From a virus, in the UHGV virus genome UHGV-1370838: DNA of 38,152 nucleotides, one strand, 5' to 3'. The notes below the pieces were generated by a model. It made no database searches. It saw nothing but the letters and a program-made list of their open reading frames with translations, and was not told the origin of the DNA. The position numbers and the translations under genes are program-made. The stretch's first letter is position 1; each line of letters starts with the position of its first letter. This document shows, in pieces, positions 28,866-37,677 of this stretch.

Positions 28866-29521
28866 ACCTATATCAACGCATCAATGGCGCTGACTGGTGC
28901 AATATCTTCGTCGTCGGCGATCTGCATGGGTGCTACACGCTGCTGATGAACGAACTCGACAAAGTTTCATTCGACCCGGCGCGCGATTTGCTTATTTCCG
29001 TTGGTGACCTTGTTGACCGCGGCGCTGAAAACGTCGAATGCCTGGATTTGATTACTATGCCGTGGTTCCGAGCTGTTCGTGGCAACCATGAGCAGATGAT
29101 GCTGGATGCACTGGTCAACGGCGGAAGTTTCGGACATTGGATGTCAAACGGCGGTGGATGGTGGCACCAACTTGATTCTGAGCAGGATGTGCAACTCAAA
29201 TACCTTCTGCCAAAGGTTACCAACCTCCCGATGATTATCGAACTGGTTACCGGCAATAAGAAGGTCGTCATCTGCCACGCAGACTACCCGCACAACGAAT
29301 ACGCATTCGATAAGCCAGTACCGGAAGAAATGGTGATATGGAATCGTGAGCGGGTTAGCGACGCGCAGGACGGTATTGTCTCGGAGATAACCGGTGCCGA
29401 TTTGTTCATCTTCGGTCATACGCCAGCACATCACCCACTGGTGTATGCAAACCAAATGTACATCGACACCGGCGCAGTGTTCTGCGGAAATCTGACGCTT
29501 ACCAAAGTCCAGGAAGGATAG
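28862..29521 (+). CDS. Ser/Thr protein phosphatase (lambda phosphatase-like metallophosphoesterase)
   Basis: GDLHG, GDLVDRG and GNHE metallophosphatase motifs; ATGA overlap with the methyltransferase. Confidence 0.8.
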   Translation: MNLYQRINGADWCNIFVVGDLHGCYTLLMNELDKVSFDPARDLLISVGDLVDRGAENVECLDLITMPWFRAVRGNHEQMMLDALVNGGSFGHWMSNGGGWWHQLDSEQDVQLKYLLPKVTNLPMIIELVTGNKKVVICHADYPHNEYAFDKPVPEEMVIWNRERVSDAQDGIVSEITGADLFIFGHTPAHHPLVYANQMYIDTGAVFCGNLTLTKVQEG

Positions 29522-29523
29522 AA

Positions 29524-30780
29524 TTATTTATTACTGTCTTCCATCCACCTCTCAAACTTCGACGGGGAGAACGGAATCAGATCCGTATGCTCCCCGTTAA
29601 TCCAGGAATCAATCATATCGGCCCACTGCTGCAACATGTAGGCGCGCTGTCTGGCGTATTCCGCTTTGTTATATACGGCGCGCACACCTTTCTGCTCATG
29701 TGCCAGAGCCTTTTCAATCCAGTCTGAAGGATAACCAGCCTCATGCAACAACGTACTGGCTGTACGGCGCATATCGTGTACGGTGAAGCCCTGAATATGC
29801 TCACCATCTTCATTTATTATTTTCACCGTTCTGTCGATCAGAGAGTTCAGCGCGGCATTAGATAATGGCTTCCGGAAATTGTAACGACCAGGAACCAGAT
29901 ATTCACTTCCACCAGCGCACATCTGCAACCCGACCAATATATCCTGAGCCTGTTTAGGCAGGTAAATAACGTGCGCCCGGCTTCCCTTCATGCGGTCTGA
30001 AGGAATTGTCCATGTCCATTTTTTAAAATCTATTTCATCCCACGTTGCGTTGGTGAATTCGCCTTTACGAACCATAGTGATAAGCACCAGCTTTAAAGCC
30101 ATTTTCATAGTGCCCATAGCACCAATGGCATCCAGCGTGCGGAAGAACAGGCCAATTTCTTCTGGTGTCAGTGTTCGCTCTCTTGGTTTAAATATGGCGA
30201 TAGACGAAGGTTTAATGTCAGCCGCAGGATTAAACAAACCATGACCACGGTCATTGGCGTGACGGTATACGCTGCTGATGATCTCCCTTGCCTGTACTGC
30301 TGTTGCCCGACCACCGCGTTCGACAATCCGGTCACACAAATCACGAACCATCGATGTGGTAATTTCAGTCATCATTTTGTTGCCAAGAACTGGAAGTATG
30401 TCACGGTCGATCACCGCCTGCTTCATTGCGCGGGTACTGTCAGCCAGGATGACGTGTTTCATATAACTGTCGGTATGTACCGTAAACGTCTCGGCACCAT
30501 GAATCTTTTTGATACCGTCACGTTTAGCCGCAGCCGGTGACTGGCCTGCTTTAAGCAGCTTCTTTGCAGCAATCAGTTCTTCTCGCGCTTCTGCCAGGCT
30601 GATACCGTCACGCCCATACTGCCCGATTACCAGTGTTTCGCGGCGACCGTTGATACGGTAGTCATAGCGAAACGAGACCGTGCCTGACGTAAGCACAGCT
30701 ACATACAGCCCGTCACGATCGGAGACCTTGTACAGTTTGTCCTGCGGCTTGAGGTTTTTTAATTTTGTATCGGTAAGCAC
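29524..30780 (-). CDS. int: tyrosine integrase (P4-like family)
   Basis: 418 aa; P4-type N-terminal arm-binding domain pattern and C-terminal catalytic domain; GTG start. Confidence 0.9.
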   Translation of the reverse strand: MLTDTKLKNLKPQDKLYKVSDRDGLYVAVLTSGTVSFRYDYRINGRRETLVIGQYGRDGISLAEAREELIAAKKLLKAGQSPAAAKRDGIKKIHGAETFTVHTDSYMKHVILADSTRAMKQAVIDRDILPVLGNKMMTEITTSMVRDLCDRIVERGGRATAVQAREIISSVYRHANDRGHGLFNPAADIKPSSIAIFKPRERTLTPEEIGLFFRTLDAIGAMGTMKMALKLVLITMVRKGEFTNATWDEIDFKKWTWTIPSDRMKGSRAHVIYLPKQAQDILVGLQMCAGGSEYLVPGRYNFRKPLSNAALNSLIDRTVKIINEDGEHIQGFTVHDMRRTASTLLHEAGYPSDWIEKALAHEQKGVRAVYNKAEYARQRAYMLQQWADMIDSWINGEHTDLIPFSPSKFERWMEDSNK

Positions 30781-30822
30781 AATTCACCCGTATAGAAACC
30801 ATTTTCATGACGGTATGAGAGT

Positions 30823-30837
30823 ATACCTTTAAGGTAA
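30823..30837. promoter_or_regulatory. operator-like palindrome ATACCTTTAAGGTAA (1 mismatch) upstream of int
   Basis: 43 bp upstream of int start; nested inside inverted repeat GACGGTAT...ATACCGTC. Confidence 0.45.
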
Positions 30838-30892
30838 TACCGTCACCTGTACCGCAGAAAAATATGGTGTAGAGTGAATAGAAATGAATACA

Positions 30893-30926
30893 TAAAAACA
30901 AAAACCCTCTGTAAAAACAGAGGGTT
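30893..30926 (-). terminator. intrinsic terminator ending the lysis operon
   Basis: AACCCTCTG-TAAAAA-CAGAGGGTT perfect 9-bp stem; minus-strand T-run TTTGTTTTT. Confidence 0.75.
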
Positions 30927-30979
30927 AAATTAGTATCTGAATAGGAATGAGTTGCTATGAGTTAGCTGTTAATCATTCC

Positions 30980-31016
30980 CACTCAATTATTTACGGACAC
31001 CATAACCAATTGAGTG
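30980..31016. repeat. 9-bp inverted repeat CACTCAATT / AATTGAGTG with 19-bp spacer (attP-region candidate)
   Basis: Read directly, in the noncoding stretch between int and lysis genes. Confidence 0.3.
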
Positions 31017-31097
31017 ATAACATTTTTCCAAAGATGAATTTTTCCCGTACCGTTTTATATACCGTCACCGGAAATCAGTACCATGAAAAATGCCATG

Positions 31098-31580
31098 CTA
31101 TCTGGTCAGGGTGTCGTACTGTTTTTCGCAGACTCTTCCGGCTTCGGCTGCCCGGTCAGCATACTCTGCCAGTTGTCTGTTTCTCTCGAGAGATTTGCTG
31201 AGCACGTCGGCAAGCAAAACTCCGGTATCTGCGGCTGACGACCCAGCGCCGACAATGGCGTTATAGTGCCTGAGCTGCTCACGGATGGCAACGAGCTGTT
31301 GCTGCAACCGGCCAGCGCGAGCGGCAGCATCAAGAGCATCATTGCGCGCCTGGTCGATCCTCTGCTGCGCTTCACGTTCATTGATCGATTTCTCCTGTTC
31401 GTAGTGCTGACGAACTCTCTCATCTTCGGTTTTGCGGTCTTCTTTCGCCTGTGCATACCCGGCGTCGTACTGACGACTGCCGTGCACATTCCAGGCAACA
31501 ACTCCTGATATGACCAGAACAGCAAGCACCGCCATGATAATCAACTGATTACGGTATGCTTTTACGAATGCCCAGATCAT
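31098..31580 (-). CDS. i-spanin (Rz-like)
   Basis: N-terminal TM segment then Gln/Arg/Ala-rich coiled coil; last gene of lysis cassette. Confidence 0.65.
   Translation of the reverse strand: MIWAFVKAYRNQLIIMAVLAVLVISGVVAWNVHGSRQYDAGYAQAKEDRKTEDERVRQHYEQEKSINEREAQQRIDQARNDALDAAARAGRLQQQLVAIREQLRHYNAIVGAGSSAADTGVLLADVLSKSLERNRQLAEYADRAAEAGRVCEKQYDTLTR
31106..31381 (-). CDS. o-spanin (Rz1-like lipoprotein) nested in +1 frame
   Basis: Signal peptide with lipobox LAGC; Pro-rich mature part; start uncertain (31381 or 31342). Confidence 0.5.
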   Translation of the reverse strand: MNVKRSRGSTRRAMMLLMLPLALAGCSNSSLPSVSSSGTITPLSALGRQPQIPEFCLPTCSANLSRETDNWQSMLTGQPKPEESAKNSTTP

Positions 31581-32206
31581 ACGGCCAGCACCTTACTGGC
31601 AGTAACGTACCGCGCGCGCCGGTCGTCGATGCCGTTCCGGCCACCATTGATAATCAGAGTTACACGTGCAATATCTCCGGGATACTTCATGCAGCCTTTG
31701 CTGGAGAAGAACCACGCCGCGCTACGAGCCGCGTATTCGTCCTGCGTCAACAGCTCAGGATTCTCCAGCAGGTCCACTTTTAGACCGTTTCCGCAGTCAC
31801 GATAGTTATTCAAACCGGTAATCTGGATAAGCCCGCGCCCACGGTAAAACCAGCCGTCAGTCGGCCCGTTGTTCCCCATGCGCTTGCTATACACCAGATT
31901 GGCGATCGCACGCTGGCGCTCCAGCGGTAACGATGGCTCACCAGCACGACGGCCCAGCGCGTTGGCCTGGCCCTGAGTGAGGCGCCCGGCACGGACGAAT
32001 CCCGCCAGCCCAGTCACGCTGTAGTTGAAGTTCTCCTGCAGCCGGGTGAAGCCTCCAGACTCATGCCCGACCTGAGCAATAAACATTGCCTGATCTTCTG
32101 GTTTGCTGATACCAAACTCTTTCATCGCAGAAGTTATATGCGAGAACCAGCGTGCGGCCAGCGCCTCGCTAATACCAGCAGCTCGCTGGAATTGTTTAAT
32201 CTCCAT
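31577..32206 (-). CDS. endolysin, glycoside hydrolase family 19-like
   Basis: [16 protein letters not shown]-type GH19 motif; GAGG SD. Confidence 0.8.
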   Translation of the reverse strand: MEIKQFQRAAGISEALAARWFSHITSAMKEFGISKPEDQAMFIAQVGHESGGFTRLQENFNYSVTGLAGFVRAGRLTQGQANALGRRAGEPSLPLERQRAIANLVYSKRMGNNGPTDGWFYRGRGLIQITGLNNYRDCGNGLKVDLLENPELLTQDEYAARSAAWFFSSKGCMKYPGDIARVTLIINGGRNGIDDRRARYVTASKVLAV

Positions 32207-32504
32207 GTTTAGACCTCGTTATTTTGAAAATCTGAACGACGTTACCGCGAGTTTTAAGAACCGCAGCAAGCATGACAGCGTTGATAATGACCTCAGATAA
32301 ATCCACAGCCATTGGCGTGCGTAACCAGATTGCATAGACGACACGAACAGGAATACTGGCCGCAGCAACAATAAGGAAATAAGCAAGCCACCCTCCCCAC
32401 CTTCGATGTTGTGAACCGTTACGCCGGAATGTGACAACACGAATTGCTATGCCAGTACAAATAAGTGCATTGGTGATAAGCAAAACAAGCTCATTAGTTA
32501 CCAT
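32196..32504 (-). CDS. holin/antiholin-like membrane protein
   Basis: 102 aa with about 3 TM segments; between holin and endolysin. Confidence 0.55.
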   Translation of the reverse strand: MVTNELVLLITNALICTGIAIRVVTFRRNGSQHRRWGGWLAYFLIVAAASIPVRVVYAIWLRTPMAVDLSEVIINAVMLAAVLKTRGNVVQIFKITRSKHGD

Positions 32505-32895
32505 CGCCTTTTCTCCCCGGAATTAACTCGCGTGGATTATCGGAACGGTGATAGAGCCAGATGCCAATTCGAACTGCAACGATTGCTGACACGAATGCAC
32601 CAGCAGAGAAAACAATCCCTTTCTCGAAAGAGTCCTGCGTGATGGTAGGGATCAGGCTGGCTATGCCGATAAGAATTGATGCTGCTGGTTTATAGAAAAG
32701 AAGTCCGCAGAGAAAGCTAAGCATCGATAAGAGTACGCGACGATGAATTGGGTACTCTACCGCAGAGGTAACAAAAATTACCGCACCAGCAAGAGCACCT
32801 AAAGCCACCTCAGGCGGTATACCAACGAACACGGACGCCAGTGCAGTCAGGCTTAACCCCTGATTTACTGACTCTGTTGTCAGCACATGCGCCAT
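32494..32895 (-). CDS. holin-like membrane protein
   Basis: ATG at 32893-32895 with GGTGG SD; multiple TM segments; first gene of lysis cassette. Confidence 0.6.
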   Translation of the reverse strand: MAHVLTTESVNQGLSLTALASVFVGIPPEVALGALAGAVIFVTSAVEYPIHRRVLLSMLSFLCGLLFYKPAASILIGIASLIPTITQDSFEKGIVFSAGAFVSAIVAVRIGIWLYHRSDNPRELIPGRKGDGN

Positions 32896-33000
32896 AGTGA
32901 CCACCGTTTATTGTGCATAAAGAACCCCCTTAGTTGGTGAGTTCATCATACACAATAAACCATATGTGGATTAATTTTGATCGGATAACTCTTAACGAAA

Positions 33001-33015
33001 TTACCCTAAAGGTGA
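33001..33015. promoter_or_regulatory. operator-like palindrome TTACCCTAAAGGTGA (1 mismatch)
   Basis: In divergent region between holin and acetyltransferase. Confidence 0.4.
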
Positions 33016-33051
33016 TATCATTAACGCATCTTACTCAAAACGATAGCGATT

Positions 33052-34911
33052 ATGTCTTCTTTAAAATACAGAACTGATATAGGCGGACTCAGGGCTATTG
33101 CTGTCATGGCAGTTGTCCTTTATCACTTCGGAGTCAAAGGGTTTTCTGGTGGGTTTTCAGGAGTAGATATATTCTTTGTTATATCAGGGTATCTGATGAC
33201 TGGAATAATTTACACAAAGATAGAAAATGAAAACTTTTCACTGTTAGGATTTTATCTTGATAGGGCAAGAAGGATTATACCTGCTTTAACTGTAGTTTCA
33301 GTTGCTGTTCTGATAGTTGGTTACTTCATTCTTTTACCTTCTGAATATGAATACCTGGCTCAACACGTAAGAAGTAGCCTTTTATTTTTCTCAAACGTTG
33401 AGTATTACCATAGCATTGATTATTTTGATACTGCATCAAAGCAGAAATGGCTTCTTCATACATGGTCGCTTTCTGTAGAGTGGCAGTTTTACATGGTATA
33501 TCCAATCATAATGATGGTAATTGCAAAGCTATTGGGCGCTAAGCATATAAGGTATGTTGTTGCCATCCTTGCAATTATATCATTTACTGCCTCAGTGTAT
33601 CTTTCTTATAATAATCAGGGGGCTGCATTTTATCTTCTGTCAAGCAGAGCTTGGGAGATGCTGGCTGGCGGCCTTGCCTACCTTCTTCCTACTATACAAA
33701 ATTCAAAACGCACTGCTGTATTTAGATGGATTGCCATAGCCTTTGCAGTATCGGGGATAGTCTTGCTTAACAGCTTAATGAAGTGGCCTGGGTATCTTGC
33801 CTTAATACCAGTCGTTTCTACTTTCTTTGTCATTTATCTTGGATGTAAAGATAACCTGTTACTTGATAATGCATTATCTCAATGGGTTGGGAAAATTTCA
33901 TACTCGGTATATCTGGTTCACTGGCCCATAGTTGTCTATATGTCAATGAATAAGATGGATGATATGGTTTATACAGTATCAGGTGTTGCCTTATCAATTC
34001 TTATTGGTGCCGCATCATTTTATTTAATTGAAAACCCTTCAAGAAAGGCACTTTCAAAATTTAAAAACGGCAGGTCCTTGAATGAATTAACTTTAATCGT
34101 GCTACCTGTAGGTGGTGTAGTTGGTTTGTGCTTCGCTGTACTATTGCTATCTGGAATTCCATCAAGGTTTTCGTTTGTCACAATGACGTCCGAACAGCTA
34201 AAAGAACAAATGAACAGGTATTGGGTTGATGGAGACAAGCCTCACCCTGTACCGAAGACAGGTGACAAAAAAATAGTAATAATCGGTAATTCTCATGGCA
34301 TAGATCTGACTTATGCACTTACTGAAAATGGGATGAAGGGTGATATAACTTATATAAGAACTACAAACTTATGTTCAAACTTTGGTTATACACCAAACGA
34401 CATGCCCTATGTAGAAAAGTGCAAAAAAATATTCAATGACGTGATCTCATCTCCAGCCATAGCTGAAGCTAACATTATAATCCTTCATGATGATTATGGC
34501 GTTGGCGATCTGTTCGGGATGCTTTACTCTATAGGCAAAATACAGGAGAGGACTAAAGGAGAAGTTATTGTATTTGGGCCTAAGATGAAGTTTACGGCAC
34601 AGCCAATGGAAATAATTAAGTCTGCTTTTAAATCTGGCGTAAACACAGTTGATGGGATAAATAAATACTCTAAAAAGTATTATGACAATAGTAGAGTTGA
34701 AATTAACAATACGATAAAAGGCTATCTTGGTAGCAACCAGCATTCGTATAAATACATAGATACGCTTGCCGAGCAGTGCGGAAAGTCAATGAATTGTGAC
34801 ATCCTTTCTACTAAAGGTGATTATCTTTACTTTGACAATAGTCATTTCACTCTAGAAGGCTCAAGGGAGTTTGGGAAAAAATTAAAAAATGACAAGCCAT
34901 TTATTTTTTAA
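33052..34911 (+). CDS. O-antigen acetyltransferase (acyltransferase-3 membrane domain fused to SGNH-like domain, OafA/Oac-type)
   Basis: 619 aa; N-terminal GGLRAIAV...LYHF motif and about 10 TM segments; C-terminal soluble domain with GNSH; visibly AT-rich versus flanks. Confidence 0.85.
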   Translation: MSSLKYRTDIGGLRAIAVMAVVLYHFGVKGFSGGFSGVDIFFVISGYLMTGIIYTKIENENFSLLGFYLDRARRIIPALTVVSVAVLIVGYFILLPSEYEYLAQHVRSSLLFFSNVEYYHSIDYFDTASKQKWLLHTWSLSVEWQFYMVYPIIMMVIAKLLGAKHIRYVVAILAIISFTASVYLSYNNQGAAFYLLSSRAWEMLAGGLAYLLPTIQNSKRTAVFRWIAIAFAVSGIVLLNSLMKWPGYLALIPVVSTFFVIYLGCKDNLLLDNALSQWVGKISYSVYLVHWPIVVYMSMNKMDDMVYTVSGVALSILIGAASFYLIENPSRKALSKFKNGRSLNELTLIVLPVGGVVGLCFAVLLLSGIPSRFSFVTMTSEQLKEQMNRYWVDGDKPHPVPKTGDKKIVIIGNSHGIDLTYALTENGMKGDITYIRTTNLCSNFGYTPNDMPYVEKCKKIFNDVISSPAIAEANIIILHDDYGVGDLFGMLYSIGKIQERTKGEVIVFGPKMKFTAQPMEIIKSAFKSGVNTVDGINKYSKKYYDNSRVEINNTIKGYLGSNQHSYKYIDTLAEQCGKSMNCDILSTKGDYLYFDNSHFTLEGSREFGKKLKNDKPFIF

Positions 34912-34919
34912 TTGATGAT

Positions 34920-34936
34920 GGGGAGCATTGCTCCCC
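34920..34936. other. hairpin GGGGAGC-ATT-GCTCCCC between convergent genes
   Basis: Perfect 7-bp stem; no U-tract on either strand. Confidence 0.4.
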
Positions 34937-34946
34937 ACGCATAACA

Positions 34947-37199
34947 TCAACCTATTTTAGTGTAAGTCCAGTTAAATGTTGCCGCGCCCTGACTTGTTAC
35001 CGCTACATTCCTTCCCGATGAAGAAAATGTTATGAATGCTCCGGCTTTTAATGGCGTTAGAGTTAATGAGCCATCATACATCGCTAGTTGTGTAGAAGAG
35101 TAGTTTGTGCCGCCGCCAGAACCCCATACACTAATGAGATACATCCCCTGCATATCAGGCAATGCAAACAATGTTGTTTCGGTGTTGGCATTTACGGATT
35201 GTGTTCCTTTTGCGGTGTAGAAACCAGGTGTCTGTAGCCCCGTTGATGATACTTGTTGAGTGTAACCGCCAGAAACAGTACCAGATATCGGGGTGCAGAA
35301 CCAGTTAACGTTACCCTGACTAACTACTGATAAAACCGGGGAGCCGCCTGCAGGCGCGCGCCAACGACCGCTGTACACGTCAATTCGGGATGTTGTGTCC
35401 TTAGCGTATAACGTAATAGGGTATCCACCAGTCCCGGAGTAAGGGATTGCGCTATCAGACAAGTCATCCTCAGAAGAATCGATTATAACCTGACTTGTCC
35501 CGGATGCCTTTATGAAAGAAACGACACCACTTGCCGCCGGGGCTACAGTTTTTAACTGATTTTGCCCTGCTGTGAGCCCGGATATTTTGCCATTAGTATT
35601 CTCAAAATGGAAAAGAGTTGCATCCCCACTACCATCTGTGGAAATTATATTTCCTTCCGCATCAAATCCCACAATGTTAACGCTGTGTGAGTTAATGAAA
35701 TGGACACCTGCTCCGCCGAATGAACCACCAGAAAGTGTAATGCTTGATTGGTCCATAGCGCAGTTGAGCATAGTTACAGACATAACGGCGCCAAATTGAT
35801 AAGGCGAGACGCATCCGGATGCGTAGCAAGTCTCCATCAAAATGGTCGTACCAAGCGCCTTAATAAAGCCGTCGTGGCAATTCCGCGCCCATACGTTTTG
35901 CAACTTAGTAAGGTAAGTTCCGGTGGCGTCGTAGAAACAGCGCCATGCACCATGTACTGTGCAGTTTTTAATCTCAGACATTTCAAGACCAGTAGTACCG
36001 GCTTCAGTGGAATAGAAATTAAATGCTATCTTCCCACCATCATCTTCAGGATTCGTTGGTGTGGTTCCTGGATCATAGAAAATATAAAGACCATCAATAA
36101 AAATCTGAATCATTTTTGTCGATAGGGAATCACCTTGATCTAAAGCAAAGGCTGATATATTCCCAACAATTGACATGAAAGACTGAGAACGGTTTATTGC
36201 ATCAGTCCCTTCACCAACAATTCTGACTGAATTATTAAATATAATTGTGGCATTATAATATCCAAGACCTTTTGGGATTAGCACCTTTTTACCAGTATTA
36301 CATGCGGCCTGCAGCGCCGCATAATCCAACGATTGCGTGAGAGACGTAACAAATGGATATACCATCTGAGCAGCTGATAGTGTTGAAAATATCTCGCTTA
36401 AAGGGTGAAGCGTTCCGTCAATTGTCGCTCCAAAATCAACAACACTAATGGCTTGTGCATTTTTTATATGCTGCGAAAGAGAAATTGCCCCCTGGTAAGG
36501 CTGCTTCACTGTTATCAGCGCATCACCTTTCCCGTCAGCGCTGCTGGCCAACTGGTTGAATACGTCCGCCGCCGTTCCTGAAGGCACAGGGAAAGGAACA
36601 GGCTTCCCGTTTTGAATGCCGATAATGCTGCCTTCAAGCTGAGCGAGTGGTGGCAGCGGATCGATATAAGCGTCAGGAACTCGGATGGTATGGTTGATGT
36701 TCGATAAAGCCGTGCTGTCCACATAATTCTTTGTGGCTGCATCCTGCGGGTTAACCGGGTCTTTCAGGTTCCGAATATAGTTGTTCAGCGCGTTATAATA
36801 ATTTGCTACGAATGACGGCTTGCGCAGCGCCAAGCTAAACCAACTTCGAACCTGCTGGATCAGCATCGTTAGCTTATCAAAAGCATCCTCATGCACTTCT
36901 GCAAAGAACTTACCCTGATTACGCAAATCAGTTTCCTGCGTAACCGGGAGGTCTCGTGATATAGAAATCTGATAACCGTTAGCTAACGCCTTCGACAGAA
37001 TTACATTACCGCCATTATATCCACCAGCCCCAGTGACAGTGTAATCAGTATCAAGAGCCAGCACAGCGATATTTTCGTCAAGGTCAACCACCTGTACTAC
37101 CAGATCAGATTCCTTGAAAACCCTAAAGGTATACGGAAATGATGTCGTAACGCCGTTACCTGTGTATTCGTTGTGGTCAACTTCGGTTGAGACCGTCAT
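34947..37199 (-). CDS. tailspike / tail fibre protein
   Basis: 750 aa; N-terminal particle-binding-type domain; Gly/Ser/Thr-rich beta-helix-like body; GGAG SD. Confidence 0.8.
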   Translation of the reverse strand: MTVSTEVDHNEYTGNGVTTSFPYTFRVFKESDLVVQVVDLDENIAVLALDTDYTVTGAGGYNGGNVILSKALANGYQISISRDLPVTQETDLRNQGKFFAEVHEDAFDKLTMLIQQVRSWFSLALRKPSFVANYYNALNNYIRNLKDPVNPQDAATKNYVDSTALSNINHTIRVPDAYIDPLPPLAQLEGSIIGIQNGKPVPFPVPSGTAADVFNQLASSADGKGDALITVKQPYQGAISLSQHIKNAQAISVVDFGATIDGTLHPLSEIFSTLSAAQMVYPFVTSLTQSLDYAALQAACNTGKKVLIPKGLGYYNATIIFNNSVRIVGEGTDAINRSQSFMSIVGNISAFALDQGDSLSTKMIQIFIDGLYIFYDPGTTPTNPEDDGGKIAFNFYSTEAGTTGLEMSEIKNCTVHGAWRCFYDATGTYLTKLQNVWARNCHDGFIKALGTTILMETCYASGCVSPYQFGAVMSVTMLNCAMDQSSITLSGGSFGGAGVHFINSHSVNIVGFDAEGNIISTDGSGDATLFHFENTNGKISGLTAGQNQLKTVAPAASGVVSFIKASGTSQVIIDSSEDDLSDSAIPYSGTGGYPITLYAKDTTSRIDVYSGRWRAPAGGSPVLSVVSQGNVNWFCTPISGTVSGGYTQQVSSTGLQTPGFYTAKGTQSVNANTETTLFALPDMQGMYLISVWGSGGGTNYSSTQLAMYDGSLTLTPLKAGAFITFSSSGRNVAVTSQGAATFNWTYTKIG

Positions 37200-37303
37200 G
37201 TTAAATCTCCAGATAGTCGCAGCACCCGTTGCGCCGCATATCTGGTTATTCTATTACCTGAAAAACCATATATGGATAGAAAGGCTGTAAATACGAATAG
37301 ATA

Positions 37304-37318
37304 TTACCTTTCAGGTAA
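37304..37318. promoter_or_regulatory. operator palindrome TTACCTTTCAGGTAA
   Basis: Perfect copy between tailspike start and the LexA-box gene. Confidence 0.55.
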
Positions 37319-37355
37319 TTTGCAAAACGTGCTGGATAGCAAACAAATTATTTGC

Positions 37356-37375
37356 TACTGTATAAATATACAGTT
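37356..37375 (+). promoter_or_regulatory. LexA (SOS) box TACTGTATAAATATACAGTT
   Basis: CTGT-N8-ACAG with AT-rich spacer, perfect dyad; immediately upstream of 37381/37396 ORF. Confidence 0.75.
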
Positions 37376-37395
37376 ATTGCATGGAGAAGATTAAG

Positions 37396-37653
37396 ATGCA
37401 GCAGTATCACTATCCACTGGAAGACGGATTTACCGAAAGGATTCACACGCCGGGAGGCGTCAGGTCACTGGTGGAGGGATCGCACTTGATGAAATTACTC
37501 CGGGATCTCGATAAGGATGGATTTAATGTCGATGGCCCACTTGCCGAACTGACTGCACTGATTAACTACGTCACCAGCTCACAGATGTCTATGCGGGATC
37601 TGCAAACACATCTCGACTATTGTGCCGAACAATTACGAAAACAAACCCGGTAA
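37396..37653 (+). CDS. SOS-regulated small protein, candidate antirepressor
   Basis: ATG at 37396 has GGAG SD (37381 ATG lacks one); 85-90 aa; LexA box overlaps its promoter. Confidence 0.5.
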   Translation: MQQYHYPLEDGFTERIHTPGGVRSLVEGSHLMKLLRDLDKDGFNVDGPLAELTALINYVTSSQMSMRDLQTHLDYCAEQLRKQTR

Positions 37654-37677
37654 ATTTAAAGGCCGCAAGAGCGGCCT

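Noticed and set aside
30947-31201. 84-aa plus-strand ORF overlapping the spanin gene
   Set aside because: It overlaps the 3' end of a well-supported minus-strand lysis gene, has no SD, and its first part falls in the terminator/attP-like noncoding region.
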